A stretch of DNA of 64,000 nucleotides. Source: Desulfobacterales bacterium (lineage in GTDB: Bacteria > Desulfobacterota > Desulfobacteria > Desulfobacterales > UBA5616). Position 1 is the first letter of the stretch; every line of letters starts with the position of its first letter. The position numbers were made by a program, and so were the translations under genes. The stretch covers positions 64,001-128,000 of the forward strand of contig JAWODC010000001.1 of assembly GCA_046483495.1 (NCBI GenBank). Direction: 5' to 3'. Below the pieces are notes generated by a model. It was given only the letters and a program-made list of their open reading frames with translations. It was not told the DNA's origin and did not search any database. Shown here piece by piece: positions 57,545 to 64,000 of the stretch.

Positions 57545-58630
57545 TCATGCAGGGCATATTCCACCCAATGCTTCGAAAATCGAATCCAGGGGTTGAATAA
57601 ATTCGCTGCACGTCATGCCGGGTATATGGATCAACCCGTTCTCAAAGTATTTTTCGATCGTACCCCGAATACGATGATGATCCAGGGGGGCCCCTTTGAT
57701 TTCGGCCATGAGGTCGTAAACCCCCCGTGAGGGAAATGACAACATGTCCCCGGTAATCAGGAAATCCTTTACCTGAACATTATTCCTGTGGATCGTCAGT
57801 GTAAATCGTACCATCCCTGAATCGAATTTTTTGAGGGCGCTTAGCGTTTTCGGCGCTCGAGATGTTGACTTTATCAGGTGAATCCATGCTTCCGATTGAA
57901 AAAACGGCAGCCTTGTACCCATCATCGCTTCTTCTTTTTCCGTCAGCGGCATGGATTCGAGATGGATATCGAATGTTTTTTCAAATGCCTTGACAAGTTC
58001 TGCTTTCACAAGGGAAATCGGGGGAATGCTACCAAGCTCGGCGGTCATGCTGGTAACCCGTTGTCGAATGGAGTCGATTTCCCGTACACTGAGTTTTTCG
58101 ACGGGAATATTCAGGCAGCCGAGCATTTCACTGATATCGCCGTCCATTAAAATCGTTCCATGGAACAGCAGTGCACCATACAGCTCGGTACCGCCGGTGC
58201 CGGATATCTTCCGCCCGTTGACTTCAATGTCGTTCCTGGGCCTGAATTCAGCCCTTACCCCAAGCTTGGCCAATGCCCGAATGACAGGTTCGCACAGGCG
58301 TTGAAAAAGCTTTTCCGTTATGAAATCGACATTCAGGAAGGTCTTGTCGCAGATGATTTCCCATCCAAGCTGGCGTTCATCGAGAAAAACAGCCCCCCCG
58401 CCGGTGATGCGTCGATTGACCTGAATGCCCATTTTCCGGCAATAATCCGAACGGATTTCTTCTTCCGCAGCCTGATGATGCCCCAACAGTACAGCGGGAG
58501 GAGAGAACTGTAAAAATCGGACGGTATTCAGGGTTTTGCCGTCGCCTTTAAGCGCCAGTAAAACATCGTCCAATGCCATGTGCTCAGCCGCTGTCATGGG
58601 CGGCAGGTCGAGAAGTCGGAACGTGTCCAT
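57545..58630 (-). CDS. Lipoate-protein ligase (LplA/sLpl(AB)-type)
   Basis: MALDD.LL, RRITGGGAVF, PRNDI..GRKISGTG, HGT, C-terminal ITGD domain. Confidence 0.9.
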   Translation of the reverse strand: MDTFRLLDLPPMTAAEHMALDDVLLALKGDGKTLNTVRFLQFSPPAVLLGHHQAAEEEIRSDYCRKMGIQVNRRITGGGAVFLDERQLGWEIICDKTFLNVDFITEKLFQRLCEPVIRALAKLGVRAEFRPRNDIEVNGRKISGTGGTELYGALLFHGTILMDGDISEMLGCLNIPVEKLSVREIDSIRQRVTSMTAELGSIPPISLVKAELVKAFEKTFDIHLESMPLTEKEEAMMGTRLPFFQSEAWIHLIKSTSRAPKTLSALKKFDSGMVRFTLTIHRNNVQVKDFLITGDMLSFPSRGVYDLMAEIKGAPLDHHRIRGTIEKYFENGLIHIPGMTCSEFIQPLDSIFEALGGICPA

Positions 58631-58674
58631 ATTAATAATTGCCGGTTTGCGTAATCTTAACGATGATGAAACAC

Positions 58675-58703
58675 ACCATATTATGAAGTTTAAAAACTGT
58701 CAA
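58675..58703 (-). promoter_or_regulatory. Sigma70-type promoter of the lipoate operon
   Basis: Minus strand TTGACA-17 bp-TATGGT, about 45 bp upstream of the ligase start. Confidence 0.6.
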
Positions 58704-58753
58704 ATAGAGGCTTTTTGTTTGAGCCTGGTGCCTCACGCCCGGCCGGCTGTTGA

Positions 58754-60682
58754 TCAGGGCAATGCCGCGGACAAAACGGATGCGACGGTTCTCGACAACC
58801 GGGACGGGTTCTCCACTTTGCCGCCTTCACCGATAACCGCCATATCATACAGCAGCCCGGCATAATCTTTCAAAACCGGATCTTTTCGATTTGCGTCATA
58901 AAGGGCCCTGATTTTTTCCATCACCGGATGTTTGACGTTCAGTTCAAGAATCCGCTTGGACTCCGGCGGCTTCTGGCCGGTGGCCGATAACACTTTTTCC
59001 ATATAGGCGCTCAAATCGTATTGATCACCTGAAAGGCAGGACAAGGAATCCGTAAGGCGTGCGGAAGGACGAACGTCTTTAACCTTTTCTTCCAACTGGG
59101 ATTTGACGAAGGCAAAGAACGGTTTGTACGCTTCTGCATCCATTTCCTCTTTCTCATCGAGGTCCAGTTCTCCCCTTTCCGCACTTTTGAATTTCTTTTT
59201 CTCATACTCGGCCAACGATTCCACAACCCATTCATCCACCGGATCCGTCATCAGAAGGATCTCGTATCCTTTATCCTTCAGCCTTTCGAGCAGCGGGCTG
59301 TTGTTGAGCAGGGAAATGTTTTCTCCGGTAAGATAGAATATTTCCTTCTGGTCCGGCTTCATCCGGGAGACATACTCCGAAAGCGATACCCATTTTCCTT
59401 CAGAGGCCGTGGTCTTGTAGCGCAACAGATCGGCGATTCTCGTCTTGTTTTCCGGGTCCGTATGAATGCCGATTTTGAGAATGGGTCCGAATTCTTCGAA
59501 GAACGCGGTAAATTTTTCTTCCTCGAAATCTTTAATGAGATCGAGTACTTTTTTTACCAGGTTTCGGCGTATATTTCGAATAAGACGGTCCTGTTGGAGA
59601 ATTTCACGGCTGACATTGAGGTTTAAATCCGGAGCGTCCACCACGCCTTTTACGAATCCCAGATACTCCGGAATCAGCTCCCGGCAGTCCTCCATGACAA
59701 AAATACGCTTGCAATAGAGATGGACGCCGTGCCGCTTTTCGGTGCGAAACAGGTCAAACGGCGCTTTAGCGGGTATGTAAAGCAGAGCGTTGTATTCGGT
59801 GGTTCCTTCGAACTTCATGTGCAGCCTGGCGAGCGGCGGATTCCAGTCATGGCTGATGTGGGAATAGAACTCGTTGTACTCGTCGTCCGTAACCTCATGC
59901 TTATCCCGCGCCCAGATCGCTTTCATGGAGTTCAGGGTTTCTTCACGGATAACGGTGCGGGTGGTCTTTCCGATGGCTTTTCCATCCTTATCCTTGATTT
60001 GCTCCTCTTCCGGAATGGGCTCTTCTTTCTCGACGTCCATGACAATAGGATAGGTGACGAAATCCGAATGCTTCTTGATAATCCGCCGAATCACCCACTC
60101 ATCGGTAAAATCGATTCCGTCTTTTTCGGGTTTTTTCAGTTTCAGAATAATGGTCGTTCCCCTTCCGTCCTTTTCGACGGGTTCAATGGAAAAAGTACCG
60201 TCCCCCGAAGACTCCCACTTCACCGCATTGTCCGATCCTGCAGCCCTTGTAATCAGTGTCACCTTTTCCGAAACGATGAACGCACTATAAAACCCTACGC
60301 CGAACTGACCGATCAATTCGGGCGTTACGATGGTTTCGTGGTCCAGCCGCTGCAGCGCTTCAGCGAACTCGGCGGTTCCGCTTTTGGCGATCGTGCCGAT
60401 GTTTTCCAGGACCTCATCGTAGGTCATTCCGATGCCGTTGTCGGAAATTTCCAGAATCCGACCGATGCCGTCCCTTTTGATTTTGATTTTCAGTTCGGTG
60501 TCCTCTTTCATCACTTCCGGATCGGTCTGTGATTTGAACCGGAGACGATCCAGTGCATCGGAAGCGTTGGATATCAACTCTCTCAAAAAGATTTCCTGGT
60601 TCGAATAAAGAGAGTTGATAATCAGGTGCAGCAGCTGCTGCACTTCTGTCTTGAACTCATGGGTTTCTTTACGCGGCGTCAT
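58754..60682 (-). CDS. htpG: Molecular chaperone HtpG (Hsp90)
   Basis: [45 protein letters not shown]. Confidence 0.97.
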   Translation of the reverse strand: MTPRKETHEFKTEVQQLLHLIINSLYSNQEIFLRELISNASDALDRLRFKSQTDPEVMKEDTELKIKIKRDGIGRILEISDNGIGMTYDEVLENIGTIAKSGTAEFAEALQRLDHETIVTPELIGQFGVGFYSAFIVSEKVTLITRAAGSDNAVKWESSGDGTFSIEPVEKDGRGTTIILKLKKPEKDGIDFTDEWVIRRIIKKHSDFVTYPIVMDVEKEEPIPEEEQIKDKDGKAIGKTTRTVIREETLNSMKAIWARDKHEVTDDEYNEFYSHISHDWNPPLARLHMKFEGTTEYNALLYIPAKAPFDLFRTEKRHGVHLYCKRIFVMEDCRELIPEYLGFVKGVVDAPDLNLNVSREILQQDRLIRNIRRNLVKKVLDLIKDFEEEKFTAFFEEFGPILKIGIHTDPENKTRIADLLRYKTTASEGKWVSLSEYVSRMKPDQKEIFYLTGENISLLNNSPLLERLKDKGYEILLMTDPVDEWVVESLAEYEKKKFKSAERGELDLDEKEEMDAEAYKPFFAFVKSQLEEKVKDVRPSARLTDSLSCLSGDQYDLSAYMEKVLSATGQKPPESKRILELNVKHPVMEKIRALYDANRKDPVLKDYAGLLYDMAVIGEGGKVENPSRLSRTVASVLSAALP

Positions 60683-61078
60683 AGGTACTCCTCGAATCTG
60701 TTTTGGTGTATGTCTTTAAATTACCAGCCCGATTTGTTGAACCGCCGGTTCGATGCTCACGGAAATACTCCTGCGGTTCAAGACGGGCGCTCGCCCTGAT
60801 TTTATATGTGTCATGCGGATTCGTTTTTTTGGCTTTAAAGATATGCTGCGAATGCAGCCCTGACCGTCCGAAAAACGACTGCAACTGAGACCGGCCTATC
60901 CATGCGCCGACGCACCAGGCTGGTTTTCGGCAATATAATGGTGATTAATCTCAATTTGTCAAGTCCTGGAGGGAACGTTGGGGGTCGGTGCCCTGCTTTT
61001 CGCCTTATAAGTGTCAATACAGACCGATTTTAAAACGCATGACAACGAATCAAACGTGAGGCGTCCCAAAACCGCCGG

Positions 61079-62263
61079 CTACGGCATCGATTCCTTTATC
61101 AATTCCGTAATGTCCATCACCTTGAGATCGATTTTGTTGCGTCGCACATAGGTGGTCATCGTCCGAACGCATTGCTGGCAGGATGTCACCACAGCTTCGG
61201 CACCGGTTTTTAAAATTTCTTCGATCTTTTTTCCGGCGATTTCAGCCGCCAATTCGGCATCGATCATTTCCAGGTTCCCGCCGCCGCCGCAGCATCGGCA
61301 GTTCTCCCTGTTATGTTCCATTTCCACCAATTTGACCCCGGGAATGCGACGGATCACCTCCCTGGGTGCATCGAATTCGCGGGCCCCCCTGCCCAAATCA
61401 CAGGGGTCGTGGTATGTGACGGTGATGTCGTTCTTTTTCAGCGGAATCCGGTTTTCTTCGATCAGGTTGTGCAAAAACCGGGTGACATGATAGAGGTTGA
61501 AGTCATTCGGGTAGTATTCGCGCCACATCTGATAGCAGGAGGGGCAGGCGAACACGACGGTTTCAGCCTTTTTGCGCCGAATCGCCGCAACATTGTGTTC
61601 GATGATCCGACTCACTTTGTCTTTCAATCCGGCTCCCAATAGCGGGAAGCCGCAACACCACTCGTCTTCTCCAAGAAGCGTAAAGTCCACACCCGCCGCT
61701 GTAAAAATTTCTGCAAGCGCCATGGGAATTTTCTGGACCATGGGAAAATATGCCGCTACACAGCCGGTAAAGTAGACCACCTCGGCCTCATCCTGAATGT
61801 ATCCATTCTCCGGCGGGTTTTTGGCATCCTCCACCCATTCGGCCCGTTCTTCGTTGTCCTCGTCGAACACGTTATGGCTTTCGAACAGATTGTTCCGTAT
61901 CCGGTCGATTTGACCCGGATAAGCCTTTGAATGGACAAGATCCTGTCGAAGATTCAGCCAGATGTCTTTCAGATGAATGCCGACCGGACAGACCTCCTGG
62001 CAGCTACCGCACAGCGTACATCGGAAAACCGTTTCGCTGTATGGCTTCATTGCATCCGCATCCGGAGTGCTTTTGCCCGCCAGCCGCCGCATCAGTCCGT
62101 AACGTTTCCGATTGATTTTCTTCAATTCATCCAGGCGATAAATGCCGGACAGACGACCGTCCTTTGTCGCCAGCACCGCCGGGCAGACTTCGGCACACAA
62201 GCGACAGTTGGTGCAGGCGCTCATGGCCAGCAAGTCCTTTTTGCTGTATGATGAATTTTTCAT
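61079..62263 (-). CDS. HdrD/GlpC-like Fe-S oxidoreductase (two ferredoxin-type clusters plus two CCG domains)
   Basis: CTNCRLCAEVCP, CTLCGSCQEVCP, FTGC..CCGFP..CPSC, YHDPC..CCGGGG..CQQC; start refined to 62263. Confidence 0.9.
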   Translation of the reverse strand: MKNSSYSKKDLLAMSACTNCRLCAEVCPAVLATKDGRLSGIYRLDELKKINRKRYGLMRRLAGKSTPDADAMKPYSETVFRCTLCGSCQEVCPVGIHLKDIWLNLRQDLVHSKAYPGQIDRIRNNLFESHNVFDEDNEERAEWVEDAKNPPENGYIQDEAEVVYFTGCVAAYFPMVQKIPMALAEIFTAAGVDFTLLGEDEWCCGFPLLGAGLKDKVSRIIEHNVAAIRRKKAETVVFACPSCYQMWREYYPNDFNLYHVTRFLHNLIEENRIPLKKNDITVTYHDPCDLGRGAREFDAPREVIRRIPGVKLVEMEHNRENCRCCGGGGNLEMIDAELAAEIAGKKIEEILKTGAEAVVTSCQQCVRTMTTYVRRNKIDLKVMDITELIKESMP

Positions 62264-62264
62264 T

Positions 62265-62687
62265 TTAATCCTGTTGATACTTCTCGATATCGGCAAGCAT
62301 CCAATGCTCGATATCTGCAGGCGTATGAATCAGATCCTGCACTTCGGACATGTCGTCGGGTTTTATTTTGTACATCCAGCCCTCACCATAGCAGTCCCGA
62401 TTAATCAGTCCCGGATCGGTTTCCAGCTTTTCATTGGATGCCATAAGCTCCCCGTTTACCGGGGCATACACCTTGCCCAACCATTTTCCCGACTCCACCT
62501 GGGCGAACTTTTTTCCTTTTTTCAGGGACTTTCCTTCAGGGGGCAGTTTCACAAATACAATGTCACCGGCCATCTGCTGGGCGAAATCATCCATTCCCAT
62601 GATCAACAGATCCCCTTCGACCTTTACCCAGTAATGATTCTCCTCGTAATAGAGGTCTTCCGGCATCCGATACCCCTGTATTTCCAT
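62265..62687 (-). CDS. GcvH/LbpA-like lipoyl carrier protein
   Basis: DLYY...H.WV, GMDDFAQ, VESGKW lipoyl-lysine motif, APVNG, YGEGW. Confidence 0.9.
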   Translation of the reverse strand: MEIQGYRMPEDLYYEENHYWVKVEGDLLIMGMDDFAQQMAGDIVFVKLPPEGKSLKKGKKFAQVESGKWLGKVYAPVNGELMASNEKLETDPGLINRDCYGEGWMYKIKPDDMSEVQDLIHTPADIEHWMLADIEKYQQD

Positions 62688-62691
62688 CGTT

Positions 62692-63999
62692 TCACTCCTT
62701 TTCTTTTTTAAAGCCGTTTATTATCATCAGTACCGGCGCCGTAATCATGTGCAGCATCCGGCCAAACGGCAGATATGCGATAAAGAGTCCGGTGAACACG
62801 GCATGAACGTACCACATATATCCGTAAATGTCAGCAATTCCCGTCATTCCGGTAAACAGCAGGGCCGTTGCATAGCCCAGAAACGACCATTCGGCGCCGG
62901 CTGGAAATCCGGTCATAGCGATTCGCATCCCCTCGATGATGAATCCGACGATTACTATGGCCGAGAGGATCGAAATGCCGATCCAGTCCTGTCCGGGCAT
63001 ATGTTTGAACCCGGCGGCCGGTCGGCGGCTTTTCGAGACAGCGGCCGAAAAGGCACCGAAAATCACCATAAGGCCGGTAATATCGAACAAAAAAGCGCCG
63101 AACGGATGGTTTTTATCCAGCATGGCCCGCGTTAAATCGGTATTCGGCAGGGTTTTCGACATCACCAGTGCCGCAATTCCCCAGCTGAATCGAATGATAA
63201 AGGGGTAGAAAATCAGCGCGTGAACAGCCCACCGTCCGGGTGATTTGTAAAATAGTTTTCGCTGGCAGAGCACATCCCAGAATAATGCGCCGCAACCGGA
63301 AGCGATCCTGCGGAAAAAAATCGCGGGTATCGCCTTCCGGGTCCTTTCACCGGATTTTCGAGTGCTGTCTTCTTCGTGCCGATGGTACGTCAATCCAGCC
63401 GAAAACACGTAAAAAAAGGAAATCAAACCAAGGGCAAAAACAGCCAGCGAGGCAAGCGTCACCCAATCACCGATCGAAAGTGTTGCGGTATGACAGGGCA
63501 TGCAGATAATGCTTTTGGCGGGCAGCACCATGGCCGAAGCCCCCAGTTCATTGCCCGTATAATGGCATCGCCTGCATGAACCCTCATCAGCGAGCCTCAT
63601 CTCGTGGATGCTGCTTCCAACTCCGGAAGTGTAAGCCTTACGGTAGTGTACGATTCCCGAAACCGGGGCTTTAACGGGCATGACACCGGATAAATGGCAT
63701 GCCCGGCACGATACCCGGACATGGGCGTCATGGAGGGTCTTTTCATCATGATAATCGTGGCACCGCCGGCAATCGGTCAACGGCTGTTCGCCATGACCGT
63801 ATTCAGCGGATTCCGGGTGGCATGCCATACAGGAAAGGTCGGCATGGGCCGTGTCCGTGTACCTCTCTGCATCGATCATCGGAAAGGCCGGATCGAATCG
63901 ATCCCGGTTTGTTTCTGCATGACAGTAAAAACAGAATGCGGCGATGCTTTCGTTGCGTCCCGTCCCGGCGGGCGGCAGTTCATGACAAACCACACAGGA
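62692..63999 (-). CDS. Multiheme cytochrome c fused to a NarI/HdrE-like membrane b-heme domain (5' end beyond the window)
   Basis: Seven CxxCH motifs visible (CVVCH, CFYCH, CMACH, CRRCH, CRACH, CRRCH, CMPCH), then TM helices with RWAVH, GFIIEGMR and WYVH...YLPFGRMLH. Confidence 0.85.
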   Translation of the reverse strand, partial: SCVVCHELPPAGTGRNESIAAFCFYCHAETNRDRFDPAFPMIDAERYTDTAHADLSCMACHPESAEYGHGEQPLTDCRRCHDYHDEKTLHDAHVRVSCRACHLSGVMPVKAPVSGIVHYRKAYTSGVGSSIHEMRLADEGSCRRCHYTGNELGASAMVLPAKSIICMPCHTATLSIGDWVTLASLAVFALGLISFFYVFSAGLTYHRHEEDSTRKSGERTRKAIPAIFFRRIASGCGALFWDVLCQRKLFYKSPGRWAVHALIFYPFIIRFSWGIAALVMSKTLPNTDLTRAMLDKNHPFGAFLFDITGLMVIFGAFSAAVSKSRRPAAGFKHMPGQDWIGISILSAIVIVGFIIEGMRIAMTGFPAGAEWSFLGYATALLFTGMTGIADIYGYMWYVHAVFTGLFIAYLPFGRMLHMITAPVLMIINGFKKEKE

Positions 64000-64000
64000 T

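Noticed and set aside
60683..61078. Heat-shock regulatory element upstream of htpG
   Set aside because: Only a TTGACA box (60957-60962, minus strand) was seen; no clear CIRCE, HAIR or sigma32 consensus.
1..64000. CRISPR arrays, tRNA/rRNA genes, selenocysteine read-through, integrases
   Set aside because: No regularly spaced repeats or RNA-gene signatures were recognised by eye, and the redox genes are full length without in-frame TGA.

Overview
Bacterial chromosomal window from an anaerobe, most consistent with a Desulfobacterota/deltaproteobacterium (inferred from gene content only). No rRNA, tRNA, CRISPR array or intact mobile element was recognised. (1) About 1-34.9 kb is a mostly minus-strand CoA-dependent catabolic island. 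It encodes SDRs, a Zn-ADH, a cytoplasmic DmsAB-like Mo enzyme, a VOC protein, three crotonases, three OYE/FadH-like reductases, an AOR-family W enzyme with its ferredoxin, an acyl-CoA dehydrogenase, two CoA ligases, CoA-transferases, DUF362 and a two-subunit B12 acyl-CoA mutase. Two paralogous TetR genes are present, and a palindrome ACC(A/G)ACCGGT(T/C)GGT recurs at most of the island promoters. The mutase, the AOR-family enzyme and a fused CoA-transferase-like protein carry substitutions at canonical catalytic residues, which suggests an undescribed pathway. (2) 35-54 kb holds an RND efflux pair, REP-like hairpins, an ACAD/TetR/ETF cluster, a four-gene class I benzoyl-CoA-reductase/2-hydroxyacyl-CoA-dehydratase-like operon, a second DUF362 and an acyl-CoA synthetase alpha subunit. 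(3) 54-64 kb holds a second alpha subunit, a lipoate assembly operon (lipoate ligase, LipS1, LipS2), htpG, and an operon joining a multiheme cytochrome c-NarI/HdrE-like fusion, an LbpA/GcvH-like lipoyl carrier and an HdrD-like CCG protein. The latter is a candidate membrane-bound lipoyl-disulfide redox system. All assignments come from reading motifs by eye; no searches were run.
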